Source of the DNA: Monocercomonoides exilis PA203
Taxonomy: Eukaryota > Protista > Preaxostyla
Direction of reading: 5' to 3'
NCBI GenBank assembly: GCA_001643675.2
Contig: LSRY02000055.1
Span: forward strand, 502,113-566,112
Length of the DNA: 64,000 nucleotides
The position numbers and the translations under genes are program-made. The notes beneath the pieces are model-generated. The model made no database searches and was not told the origin of the DNA. It saw only the letters and a list, made by a program, of their open reading frames with translations. Shown here piece after piece: positions 1 through 12,900 of this stretch (positions are counted from its first letter, which is position 1; each line of letters starts with the position of its first letter).

Positions 1-457
1 AAAGGAATCGAAATTGAGAGAAAGAGAAAAAGAAAGAGAACTTGCTTCAAAAGAGTCGAAAAATTAAGAAAGCTCAAAAAGTTTAAATGAAGCTTCTTCA
101 AAAAGTGAATTTTCAGAAATTCCAGCTTTGCTTTAAGCAACTTTTGATTTTCAGTCAATTCTCCATCAGATTATAATTCTTTCTGCAACGCACGATGTTC
201 AAATTCTTCATCACATCACGAAAAACATAAAACAAATTGCAAATGAACAAAATAATCAGCAAATAATGTCGATCTCTCAATCACCAGTAACTCCCACTCA
301 TTGCTCAACATCGATTTCTCCTTCATGTCCTCTTCTTCAATGTCCTGTGTTTATTTCTCCATCTTCTCAGACTTCGCTTCCATTAAATTCTGTTATTTTA
401 ACACAAAACTACCAGCCTTTCTCACTCGCTCCATCTTCTTCTTCTTCCTTATATTAA
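1..457 (+). pseudogene. Fragment of a degenerate Ser/Pro/Gln-rich gene continuing from upstream of the window
   Basis: Coding-like text (KERELASKES..., SPVTPTHCSTSISP) interrupted by stops; ORF 266-457. No recognisable domain. Confidence 0.35.
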
Positions 458-1010
458 CATAATTCTGTTTTAATCTATTTAAGCTTCTGCTACTCAATAT
501 CCAATTGTGTTTGTGATGAGCGAATTTACATTTATTGAATGCAAGAGGCTGCTGTCAATTTGAAGTGTTCAAAATTGATCAGTTTTTGATGCAGAAATAT
601 TGGAACAGACGGAAAAAAAAGAACACAAACAGCAAAACTTCAATTCATTTTATATTTTGTTTTACTATTGTCTGGACTGAAACCGAATATTTTCATAAAT
701 CAAACTATTGTTTATATATTTCAATTTTTATTTTGTTTTGGTTTGATTGCAACATTTGTTTGGCTTCGTTTTATTTTCAAAATAGAAAAAATGAGTTTTA
801 TTCGAAAAATTTTGCTATTTTGCTTTTTAGCTTTCTTGAATTTCGTTTCATAAAAAAAGAATTTTCAAAAATATAACACTTTATTTTTTGTTCATGCTAA
901 AATGAATATTTTTCGAATCTTTCAGTTAGAGAAAAATTTGGATGCTAGAACGAATATCAGATGAATTAAATACATTGTGAATCTCAGACTCTCATTAAGA
1001 AAAAAAAAAC

Positions 1011-1073
1011 CTCGACATAGGTTTTTCCATTCGACCGACAATCATCCAATAATTTTTCCTTGTCGCAAAGGCC
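1011..1073. mobile_element. Orphan right end of the TA-flanked TIR element family also seen at 34083-37927
   Basis: CTCGAC...TCGACCGACA...TGTCGCAAAGGCC|TA matches CTCGAC...TCGACCGACA...TGTCGCAGAGGCT|TA at 37865-37929 in motif order and spacing. Confidence 0.65.
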
Positions 1074-1269
1074 TAGCCACTTATTATCATGAATGAAATC
1101 GTGAAATTGAAGGAGGTATTTTGTTACACTTATGCCGTTCATGTTGAAGTACATGTTGGAATACTAGTGTGAAGGGTGGACAGTTGATTGCCACATTAAC
1201 GAAATATAACTGACTACACACACGTTCGTTGTACCATCATTTTTTTCAAACAGTGTCCAAGTTGATGTT

Positions 1270-1435
1270 TTGCCTGCACCGGGTTGATGGTGCAGATAAT
1301 GTGAGCGATGCTGTGGCGTGGAAATGTTGAGTTTAATCTCCGAGCTTTTCACCTGCACATGGTGCACAGGATGCACCGGGTCAAATATATCCTATAAATT
1401 ATGTGGGCAAACGAGCAAACGGGGCAAATGGGCAT
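1270..1435. repeat. Cluster of short GC-rich motifs (TGCAC/GTGCA in both orientations; GGGCAAA-like x4) upstream of the primase-helicase
   Basis: cctgcaccggg, ggtgcag, cctgcacatggtgcacaggatgcaccggg, tgggcaaacgagcaaacggggcaaatgggca in an AT-rich background. Confidence 0.5.
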
Positions 1436-1565
1436 AATACATTTTATGTGAAAATGAACTGTTACCGTAAATGTTCGACGTTAACTTCAACATCATCTTC
1501 CCCGAAATGTTCGTTTCAAAAATAATTCTGTTTCAAAAAAAAATTGTTTTTTTAATTTTTATAAA

Positions 1566-3907
1566 ATGACAAACCCCCTAACAGACACTGACAACGTAAT
1601 CCAACAACTGATTGATTCAATGGAAACAGAACAGGAAACGATGGGAGAACGAATGAAAGATCACATCGTTGACTTGTTCGACTACAAGAAATACTCTGAC
1701 AAGAAGCAGGGTCAACGACACACTGGAACAGCTGTCGATATCAGCAAATGTGAGGATCTTTGTGTCGTTGATGTTGACATTAACAAATCCCTTCAAGCTG
1801 AACAAACAAAAACCATCAGGAATTCCATTCTCGACAAACTCCCACGAAATGTCGGACTTGTACAAACAGCTCATGGTGGTCTTCACATTTATTGTGAGCT
1901 GTGTAATTATCCCCTCAAATGTTCATCACAAACCAAAGTGTTCACGAGTCCAGAGAACGATATCGACATTTTTGCAGGTATTGGAGATGGAAAACAGAGA
2001 CTTGTTGTTCAAGCTGACTCTTCATACAGAGAGATGAAAGATGGCAAGAGAATCATCACCAAATACATTCCCCTCAACAATTACAGAGAGCTCACAGATC
2101 TTTCATCACTCGAATGTGTTCTTGACGTATTCGGTATTGACCTCAAAACAGAGAATACATCAGCAACAATGGCAGCTGAACCACACAATCTTTTCACACA
2201 AGATGGAATCGTTGAAATGTCTCCAATAATCGCTCTTGTTCTTGTCGATGGACTCAAAGATGTTGAAATACATAACGATACAGGTTCTCTGTCACTTGAC
2301 TCTGAGTTAACTCTTTTGCCGTTATTTGCAGCCCTCAACTCTTTCGTCAACATTAAGGGTTTTCACAACCAATCGATAGATTTTCTTTTCACTCAAGAAA
2401 AAGACACAGCAGCGTAAACAGCAAATGCAATCACTCACCATGAAAAGAAACGAAACAGGTTCAGAGATAACAAGTCACATCCATTTGTTCTTCAAAAGAT
2501 TGTCAAGAGATGGAGTCCATCATATTACAACGATGTGATCATTCCACTCCTCAGAAAAGAGAATGAGCAAAAGGAAGAACCTCCACGAGAGATTTCTGTT
2601 CATGAAATAGATCTCAACTCATCGTTCTCATTTCCGAAATCAGGGATAAAGCTTGTCGAAAACAATACTCCTCACTGTCTGAAGTCGCTGAAGATCTCAC
2701 AAAAGTGCTGAGATTTGTTGAAGCAAGGATGGAATTCATTGTGACAAAGTTTGACATTCACCCCTCTTGTTATTCGATATCATTCAATGCAAAATCAGTA
2801 ATGCATAAACTGTTCAAAACAATAAAACTCCGGCATGATGACAAAAAGACTATCACAGTTGAGACAGCTTTCGATCAATACTCTCATGTTCTATCGATCG
2901 ATGGGGTGAAGTTCTAGTCAGATAACCCTCGAATATTCTCTCTGAGACATTGGTTCAAATATCTAATGACAAACGAACAAAACAACGAAATCATCAAACC
3001 ATTCCTTGATTTAACACGAGAAGTTATCTCCAACAACAACGATGAACTCTATCAAAACATCCTCTGTTGGATTTCGTCAATTGTTCAAAATCCTGGTAAA
3101 AAAGCAGAAACATCACATGTTCTCAAAAGTTTGCAAGGTATTGGAAAGAATATCTGGACAAATGTTCTTGTTGAACTGTTGGCTGGATATTCATATCCAA
3201 ATGTCACAGAGATTGCAGAACTGACAGGACAGTTCCACTCCATCGTCGAAGGGAAAATGCTGATTGTACTGAACGAATTGAAGAATGTTGGAGATGATCG
3301 AACAGCTAACTTTGATGCATTGAAGAGTATAATCACCGATTCAACAATCAGAATCAATGAGAAGAATCAGCCAAGAAGAACAGCTGAGAACGTAGCTAAT
3401 TTCATATTTGTGACAAATCACACATACCCAGTAAAAATTGAGATTGGTGACAGAAGATATGTTGTTTGTGATTGTAACTCAAAATATAAGAACAATCTCA
3501 CATTCTTCAAGGATTTCACTAACTCTTTCGATAATGAATTCTATGAACAACTTCTCTGTTATTTCCTCAGCAAAGATCTCACCAATTTCAACACAAGGGC
3601 TATTCCAACAACTGAGGCAAAGGAAGATATCATTGCAGCATCACTCTCTGTCATCGATGTGTTCTGTCAGGAGCATTACAATAAACTCAAAGAAGGGTGG
3701 AGATGTTCTGATGCACTATGTTTCAGACCAGTTGAATACAAGAACGATCGCTCATTCCAACTAGCAATTAAAGACAGATGTGAGAGAAAACAAATGGGTG
3801 GAAGAGGAAATCAAGTGTGGTGTTATAAACTCAAACCAGAGTATGAACAACTCTTCAAACGACGAGAAGATGAAGATGACATGGACCGTTCTGTGGAAAT
3901 CAACTAA
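1566..3907 (+). pseudogene. AEP-family prim-pol fused to D5-like superfamily 3 helicase (viral/MGE replication protein), disrupted
   Basis: AEP motifs VVDVD (DxD), VQTAHGGLHIY and DIDIF in 1566-2417. SF3 motifs Walker A LQGIGKN, Walker B LIVLNE, motif C FIFVTNH and Arg finger DRRY in 2966-3907. Reading continues past TAA 2415-2417 (TANAITHHEKKRNRF...), shifts frame near 2632, and crosses TAG 2915-2917 in frame into the helicase ORF. Confidence 0.85.
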
Positions 3908-4130
3908 ACATATTCGTATTTTTGGAATCATTAATACACAAACGATACAACTTGTGTGCCACCAACGAATTAATAATGTATACCACAGAAGATGTCATGT
4001 GGCAATGTGGCAAAATGACAACATAATCGAAAATAAATAAAAACCCTCAAATTCATAGCAAATTAGGGGGAAAATGCTTATGTTAGCAGAAATTGCATGT
4101 TGGCAGCTCTTTTCAGATGAACTTAAACTA

Positions 4131-4236
4131 TCCTGGACACCTGGACACCTGGACACGCTTCCAGCACGGAGATTTAACTCAACATTTCACTTCCCCAAGC
4201 ATCTCGATATTGCCACAACCCGGTATCCTGGACACC
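4131..4236. repeat. Tandem CCTGGACA x3 plus a fourth copy, downstream of the helicase
   Basis: tcctggacacctggacacctggacac at 4131-4156 and tcctggacacc near 4226. Confidence 0.7.
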
Positions 4237-4353
4237 GATTTACCACTTTTTCAAGTAAAAATATTGTTGTTGGCAACCAACGATAACATCAACATGGACC
4301 ACTGTCCTTAACAATCAACGATTCAATTAACGTGTTCAGTCAGTTATATTTCA

Positions 4354-4605
4354 TTAATTAACACATTTATCCCAATCAAGCTTGTTCAGGCAATAACCAC
4401 TAACTTTTTCCATCAACTCATCTAACAACTCATCACTTTCGATAACCTTTCTCCTCAATATCTTAATCAACTTCTTCTGTTTTTCAGTAACATGTTCGTT
4501 GTAATACTTAGTTTCTTCTTTACGTTTTTCCTGAAACTGTTTAATTTGTTTCTGTTGAGCCTCTTTCGCTTCTTCCACAGTTGCGTATATCTTCTTCCGA
4601 CCCAT
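4354..4605 (-). CDS. Small basic helical protein (83 aa), putative DNA-binding accessory protein of the primase-helicase element
   Basis: Intact ATG-to-stop ORF convergent with the helicase; N-terminal GRKKIYATVEEAKEAQ followed by a Lys/Glu-rich helix. Confidence 0.6.
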   Translation of the reverse strand: MGRKKIYATVEEAKEAQQKQIKQFQEKRKEETKYYNEHVTEKQKKLIKILRRKVIESDELLDELMEKVSGYCLNKLDWDKCVN

Positions 4606-4889
4606 TTACGATAAAACAAAAAACAAAATCAATTATTTTTATTCACGATCACACCAACGATAAAATCAACTGTCATCACTAATTGTCAGACTAATTTTCC
4701 ATCTTCGACACTCACACCTGTTATTTCCATCAACGATAACACAAACGATTAACAAACAGGTTCAACACATAAAGCTGTTATTACAAACTCATGTATTTCA
4801 TCAACGAAAACATCAATTTTCACACAAATTCACCACTAATTTACCAACTTCGACACACTGGTTAATGTTTTTGCTAATTCTCCTTCTTG

Positions 4890-5138
4890 GAGATATGGTA
4901 TACCCGCTATGGATATATCTCGATTACACCAATCAATAACTCCATCTTTATCGAACATCACTGAATATCTAATCATGATAAACCCCCTAAGAGTATCAGC
5001 AACAACTCTCGATCTCTATCTTATAATCATTGCCTATTCAACTTATAATTCAAGATGATAACTACAACATGATATTCATAAATCGATATTATTGAATGAC
5101 CTAATCGAGATGGATCCATAGCGGGAATACCATATCTC
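4890..5138. mobile_element. 249-bp segment bounded by 37-bp inverted repeats (MITE-like)
   Basis: GAGATATGGTATACCCGCTATGGATATATCTCGATTA (4890-4926) versus reverse complement of 5102-5138: 34/37 identical. No clean TSD. Confidence 0.7.
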
Positions 5139-6049
5139 TTTTTCATCCAAAAAAATTGAATGAAACCAAATCATACTATTTAGGAGTCAAACCTCTTGTC
5201 AAACATTACACACTTATCAACAACATGAATTTTTTTAAATTGCATTGCAACATTTCAATATGAGAATTAAGAATGTCTTTTTCAAAATATAACGATTCAG
5301 AAGTTGAATTCTTTGAATATGAATGAGTTTGATTAGCAATGACCAAACATTTATTGAAGTGAAAGCAAAAAGTGTTGGAATAAGCGAGTAGTTAATGAAA
5401 AATACAACATCAGCCATTATCATTCATAACTGGATGTCATTCAAATGATCACTATTATCATATCTGACATTTTGAATACAAAATTGAAATTTCATCACAA
5501 TGTGAAACAACTTTTGAAAAATTTCAGTTTTTTACAAATGAAGTGTTTTTCAAATGTTGGTGAAATGTCAAAACCAATAAATAAAACTTTTCTCAAAACA
5601 AATGAATAATTAATGAAAATGAAATGTGAACCTGCAAGAGTTACATGAAATGCAGTCATATTGAATAGCTCTTATAAATCAGAGCATTCCATTGATTACA
5701 ATATAATAAAAAAAAGTCAGGGGGAAAAAAAATGATAAGCTCCATTTCAGAAATATCGAAAATAGAATAAATATACTCAGAAACAATTCTTTCTTGGATT
5801 TTCAAACAATTTGTTTGTTTATTGAAATTTTTGAGTGCGTGTTAATCAAAATAAAATGAAAAAAATTCACAAAAATAAATTGTTGATTCTGTTGACTCAT
5901 TCTCTAAAAAAGAAAAAGAATAAAAATAAAATAAAAAATAAAAAAAAAAAATAAAACCAAGGAGTTGAAAAGGACCGAATTTGCGAAGTGAAAGAAACCA
6001 ATAAATAAACAAACAAATAAAAAAGAAAGCATTTGTCTTTCTGTATTAT

Positions 6050-6420
6050 AGAATCATATGTTGAATAAATCAAATGGAAGGTTTCAGTTGGCTGGTGAAA
6101 TGCTAAAAATTATTCAGTTAGGAACCCTCTCCCTCCCCCTCTTCTATTTTTTCCCCCTCCACAAATACCTGGCCTTTTTTGTCATCTCAGAAACAAACAG
6201 TTTCAATTGTGATTAAAATGTTTCTTGTTCCAACCAGACAAATCAAATGCACCAGATCACCAATTATCCGAAATCTTGAAAAGAACCTTGATACTCCAAT
6301 AATAACTTTCGAAAAGGCTCGTTTTCAAAAAATAATGCCCAACTGGATCACCATTCATAATGTCAATGCAGCTGACACTTTCTTCGTTCAAACTTTTCGA
6401 TGATCAAAAATTTCATGTTT
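6050..6420 (-). pseudogene. Degraded N-terminal fragment of a paralog of the large receptor-like gene
   Basis: Minus strand reads SGAFDLSG near 6230-6260, followed by a G-rich linker, matching GAFDLSR and the Gly-rich linker at the N-terminus of ORF 11930-15622. No long open frame. Confidence 0.5.
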
Positions 6421-6912
6421 TGGCAATCAAATAGAGAAGCGGTTGCCAGAAATAGCTCTGTCATTCATTTACACACTTGAAGATGGCGGGAGGGAAAAAT
6501 AGATGGATAAAGAGAGAGAAAGAAAGAGAGAGAGAGAGATCAGATTTGCTCCTTTGAGGATGTCTTGCCGAAGGACAAAGAAAAGAAAAGAAAGAAAAAA
6601 TTCTTGCACCTGAAAATGAGCTGATGGTGCAAACTCAAATCACACTGAAATGATGCTCAAAGCGAATAGTGACTTCCATTCTGCACAGAATGGAAAAACG
6701 GGCAATGTCTCACACATGCAGGCAAATGAGTGCTGAACATTTCTCTTGGCTGTCCGACAAAATTCGTTTTTGAATGACTTTTCCGAATATGTGCGACTAT
6801 TTCGCTCACTTGCCAGAAATCTTCCAAAAATGTATCAGCTGTAAACCAGAGCCTCGTTGTTGAATGCAAAAGAAATAGATCCTCAATTATTGTTCAATTA
6901 TTCTCGCACTTT

Positions 6913-9900
6913 TTATGCAACTTCATCCCTCATAATTTCTTTCATCCGTTTTTTCACCTCTCCCAGCGTGGGCCTTCCCCTCGCATCATCCATCCACATC
7001 CTCTCCATCACCTCAATCAGCTCCTCTCCCTCAATCCCTTCCGTCAGCGGACGCACCCCATCCCTCATCATCTCCTGCGCTTCCTCTGCATCACACTCGC
7101 TCAACGGCTCTTCCCCTGTTGTCATTTCATGGAGAATCAGTCCAAGTGTGAAAACAACTGCTTTTCCAATTCCCTCATCTCCCACTTCCTCTTCATCATC
7201 TTCATTTTCGCTGTTAAGTTCAGGCGCCTTCCATCGCTTCATTTCTTCCTTCTGCTTTTCATCCTCCAATTCTTCATTCAATAGGTATATTTCATTATTT
7301 CCTTCCTCAACAAAGATTGTATGTGGGCACAATTGTTTCCCCATCATTTCCACTCTTTCATCATCAACCGATATCAAATGCTCAAACAGTTCTGCAACTG
7401 CTTTTACCACCTCCTTCCCATCAACAACATCCATTGCTCTTGTTCCCAGTGTGAAATCCCCTTCAACAGAATGAATCATCGAGTATAATGTTTTGATGTT
7501 CTTTTTCTCTTTCTCTCGAAATGGCTTCTTTGCTGATATCACATTGAGTGAATGAGATTTTGGTGCCCCAGCAGCAGAATCATTCTCGGAAAATGGCAAT
7601 GAAGATTCCAAATCTGGAAGATCGTTTTCATTCAGTATTTCATCATTGTTCATTGACGGAGGCTCTGGAAGATCTTCTTCATCGTTGTCAATGAGAAGCG
7701 GAATTTGGCTTGTCATCCCTTCCAGCAATGTCGATGGCATTTCACTCATCTCAAAGCTTCTTCCATTGTTTTCCCTTCTTCTCCTCTCCATCTTCTGCAT
7801 TATCTGCTCATTTTCCAAAATTTCTTTCTCAACTTTCTTTTCCACTTCTCTTAGTTTCCTTCGCAAAAGCACAACAACCACAACAAATAAACCAACAAAA
7901 ATTAAAAGAGCAGCAATGCACCCAATAAAGGCAAATAAACTCCATTCAATCCCGCTTTCTCCTTTACAATCTTTGCAGCCTCCTTCTGAAATTCTATCAT
8001 CTCCAGTTGAAGGAGACACAGTTTTATTTATCACAACCAATTTATTAGAGGATAATGAATTCCCTTTCCCAAACAGAATGCTCATGCTCACTTCTGTTTT
8101 CTTTCCCATCACTTCCACCTGCTCTGACGTGATAACCGAATGAATTTCGTTTTCTGAAACACACTCATTTTCTTCTATCTTTTGTGTTTGGATCAGTTCA
8201 ACGTCCCCGTCTTTCATGCTTATCTTCAGCGACAAGTTGCACGGAAGAAGCAGCTTCCCCCGGATGCTCAAGTCCATGCCCCCACTCGCCTGTGTTGTGT
8301 TCTTCACTTCTTCCAGAACTGGGATGAAAAATGATGATGTTCTTTCACTCGCTATCCCTCCCAATTGACATCCTTCGTCCAAAATCCAAAGCGATGAGTT
8401 ATCTTTCAGTCCGTCTCCACCTTTCACACTTGCAACATTCAGCTCGCTGTTCCCTGTGCAGATCACATTCCTTCGCGCTGACGGATATCCCTCAACAGAT
8501 GGATTGTTGTTCTCAAACTTGCTGTTTTCTATCATCAAGCTGCCTCCACTCACCCACAGCCCTCCTTCTTTGCTCTTCATAACTGTTGTTTCCTTCATCT
8601 CCACATTGCTGTTTTCAATGTCAATCAACGAGCCGCTCCATTCGCATAATTTCTCTCCTCTTCCTTGTTCTTCATTCACTGTCTCTGCTTCTTTCTCCTC
8701 TTTTTCTCCATCAAACACACATATCTCAACCTTCACTTCCTTGGATCGCCTTATCTGCATCATGCTTCCCTTCTCCACCGAATTCGCGCTTTTTTCAAAC
8801 GAGCAGTTCAGCACACTCACCTCCTGTTCTGCGTCTTCCATCGCAACAACACATCTTTCTGATGCTACACTCACATTCTCTATCCTCATGATCTTCATCA
8901 CCACCTTCGCTTTTCCTCCAACACTCACAACATCTCCCTCACTTTTGATATTTGAAATGCTCGTTTCAAGCAGCGTCACATTCGATTCTCTGTTGAATAA
9001 TAATATTGACCCTGTTGAGTGCAAATCTCTAAATGCTGAATCAAATATCCTCAGCTCTCCGCTTTCCACGCTCACAACCGAACTGCTCAGCTTCATGTCT
9101 TCTGCTGTTGCTGATGAGTAGAACTCGCATTTTTGGATCTCCATTGACCCGTTCTTCACTTTCATGATGTAGCTGTGAGAAGCCTCAAACGTATCTTCAA
9201 ACTCGAATGAGCACCTCTCCACAGCGCTTTCATTTATAAACTCCATGATGCAATCCTTCTCTGCCGATTTCTCAATCTTAGATTTCAGCTTCACAATCGC
9301 CTGTGTCTTTTTGTATGAGTTCACATTCAGATCTCCAATCACACATTCCTTTGTCACAGTCCCTTCTCCGTCAATCAGAATCGCATTCATCACTCCTTGC
9401 TCAATGTGGTCAATCGCTTCGTTGATGCTGCTGCATGGGTTGCCCTGAGCTCCGCATCGTCTGCCATCATCCCCCGACCCATTCAAAAACACTTGAAGAC
9501 CTTTGAAGAATGTGATCAGCGGAATAACATCCATGTCAGTTTTCCCCTCCGAATCACTCCCGCAGATGGAGTTGTTTGTGCCCAATGATTCCTGGTTGTA
9601 GTTCAGCGAGAACAGTGTTTCGTTGATCTGGTGCCCAATTGAATGGCATTTGATGAATATGTCTTTCCCCACAAATGCGTCGTTCAGCCTGAACAAGATA
9701 TTCACAATCTTGAAATTCAGTGATGGAATCTGACTTTCATCATCAATGTTAACATTTCGTGGGTCTGCTCCATCGATATACAGCCCTCCACCGCGCCCTG
9801 ATCCCGTCGAGCATCTGCATGTCGAAAACGTGCTCCCATTCACCTTCAAAACCGATTCTTCACTCTTCAGCACCAATTTCATTCCTCCTCCTTCTGTGTT

Positions 9901-12900
9901 CGAATCGCTCCTGCACGTGGACATTGTGCAGTCTTCGATCGTGCATTTCATCGCATAATCAAACGATCCCAATTCAATCGCACTTGCTCTGCTTCCTTCG
10001 TTTATGATGTTTTCAAACGAACAGTACACAACTTTCAACACAGGCTTGTTGCCATTCAAACGAGTGTTTTCATTTCCATTCATCTGGTTTTCCTCTTCTA
10101 TCATCGAAATCAGGCTATTTTCTTTCAAAGTCGCTGATGAAATGTTCACATTCTGGATCGTCACCTGGCTCGCAGTTTGGCTGAATGCAATGAATCCTTT
10201 CAATTCGTTGATCTTATTCAAAGTGCAGCTCTGAACTGCTGCGCTCCCTCCGTTCACTTTTATCAGGCAACACTCAAAACTTTCAACATTCCCGCCAGCT
10301 GACCCAAATGAGCAGTCCGTAACTGACAAGACTGAATTCGTTCCTGATGATTCAATGAATACTGCATGATTGGTGGTTGTGCTGGGTTTGGTGAACGAGA
10401 CATTCACAAACGACAGACTCACATTCGATGATATCATTGAATCTTTCAGATCATTCCCATCTTCATCAGATATTGTCACAGCTGTCCCTTTCTTTGTTCC
10501 TTTTATCACAACTGCTGGAGCCTCTGAATCTGGCAAAGTTGGCAACGAAGACAAGAATGATATCGAATGGCTCAGCAACCCTGAATCCCCAATGCTGATC
10601 TGGGATTCGCCTTTTCCAAGTGTCGAATATCTCAGTGATATCAGGTGATTGATCGATGAACACGGTGCTTCAGAAAAGCCACACCCACTGAAGTCTCCTC
10701 CTTTTTCATTCGATACAAACCCATCTTTGCTCCAGTTCCTCCACAAATACACAACCAATGGAATCACATATCCCTCATCTGTGCTTGCTCTCTCCCATCC
10801 ACACAGCTCATCCAATGACTTCTCATCACTTGCACTCAACCCCCATTTCAGTTGTTCGTTTGACATAACATCGTCCAGCTCATTTCCCGATATGAACACT
10901 TTCTTCCCTTTCCAAGCATTGCACCTGCTGAATGTCACTCCTTCCATCTGAAATGATCCCATTGTATCTGCCAATTCAACAAACATCCCTCCTCCCATTC
11001 CTCTTCCTTTCTGCAAGTTGTCCTCTGTTGGCACCTGGCATCCTGTGAATGTTACGCTATTAATCTCCAAACTTCCTCCGTTCTCAGCTGAAATCATCAT
11101 CCCTCCTCCTTTCATCCCACCTCCCCCTGTGCATGTTGTTGAAATGCTGCAGTTATCCACAACTGCGCTTCCTCCTTCTTTTATCGCAGCACTGATGCAA
11201 CCTCTTCCTTCTACGCTCCCACCTTCCACCGTCACTCCACTCACTCTGCTGTTCTTTATCTCCAGCTTCTCTCCATTGCTTATTGTTATTGGTGATTTGC
11301 CGTTCATCGTCAGTGTCGTTACACTTTCCATCATCAATCCATCCACAATCAGTTCTCCTCCCGCAACATTCAACACGTTGTATCCTATCTTTCCACCCGT
11401 AAATGCTCCACTTTCAAATGACACTGAACAGCTCGCCAGACGCAGTGTTGATGATGAATGGATGAGTGCTCTTCTTCTCGAACTCAACTGTCCTTTCACA
11501 ACAAATGAAATACTGCTTATAGTCAGAGAATTCGAACATCCGACAAACCAATCTTGTGTGCTTGATCCTTCTTCAACCACATTCACTTTCACCCTTGTTA
11601 TCTCTTCTCCTGCTGTCACTTTCCCCGAAACACTCACATCGAATGAAGGCCCGATGACTTCATCCTTTATTGATGATTCAGAAGAAACCTCAACTCTTTG
11701 GAAGCCTTTCGGAACTCGAGTGCTCATGCAATAATTGATTGTTTCACACCCAAACTTCTCAAATCCACAGTAGCTGTGATCCAATGCCCTCTCTCCGCTC
11801 CCATCGACAGTCAGCTTCGATTCGATGGTGAACAAATACACAAACAGCGGAATCACTTTCTCTCCGTTCCCATCCTCGCTCCCGCACAACTTCAGCACAT
11901 CTGTTGGTATTTCGCTTGAATCAAAAAACTTAAATGTTGTTGCATCTATTTTTGAGTCCAATAGCACACCACTCCCACAGCTCACAAACACGTCTTTCCC
12001 ATATTTTGCTTTTGTTAAAAAATGAAGATGAAAATTTAACTTCTGATGCAATTTCCAACTTGCTCTTCGTGCTCAGCATCTCCAGCTGCAATCCTCCCCC
12101 TGTCCCTTCATTTGCTTCAAGCTTATTCGCCTCGCATCCATCGATTTTCGTCGATCCATTCACAACAACACTTCCTTCTCCCGTCACACTCACACACAAC
12201 CCTCCTCCTCTTCCTTCTTTTCCGTCTTTTCCATGGCATTTGCAATTTTTAACTGTGCACGTGTCTATTTCAACTCTTCCATTTAGCCCAGCCCCTCTGT
12301 CCACACCAACTGTTCCAACAACCCATCCTCCGTTCCCATATTTCTTTTCCACGCTTGAGACTTTGCATTCTGAAAAGCGCACAAAGTTCACGCCCCCGAC
12401 AAATTGAACCAACGAGCTGCTTTCAAACACCAATGTCCGATCAATCAACAATTTTTCCAATATCATATCTCCTCCAATCGCCTTGACAAAGACATATCCA
12501 ATTGAGTGATCCCCATCGTCATTCGATGAACAGACAACTGAGCATTCTGAGAGCGTAAGGAGCGTGGAATTTGCTAAAATCAGCGATGGAGCACCTGACA
12601 GAACCGTCGGAATGCTGAAATCGATGCTGCTGATGGAACATTCGCTCTGCACATCAATCAAATATTGAAGTCCAGTAGTTTCTGGATCAACAACCTTCAC
12701 ACTCTTTTCATTTCCGGTGCAAAAGATCTCCCATTTATAAGCATCACTCATCGACACTACTTCTGCCAGCTCCAATCCTGAATCAAGCTCGATTTTTTTA
12801 TTCACACCTGCATATCGCAACTGAGCAGCGTGGGTGATGGTGGCACACGGATAATAAGCAAATCCGCAGAATTGCGAATCATATCCTCCCAATTGGTTCT

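Noticed and set aside
2415-2917. In-frame TAA and TAG in the primase-helicase as evidence of a TAR=Gln genetic code (known in some oxymonads)
   Set aside because: A frameshift also disrupts the gene, the helicase and the large receptor gene end at TAA, and the 8.7-kb receptor frame has no internal TAR codons. Ordinary decay explains it.
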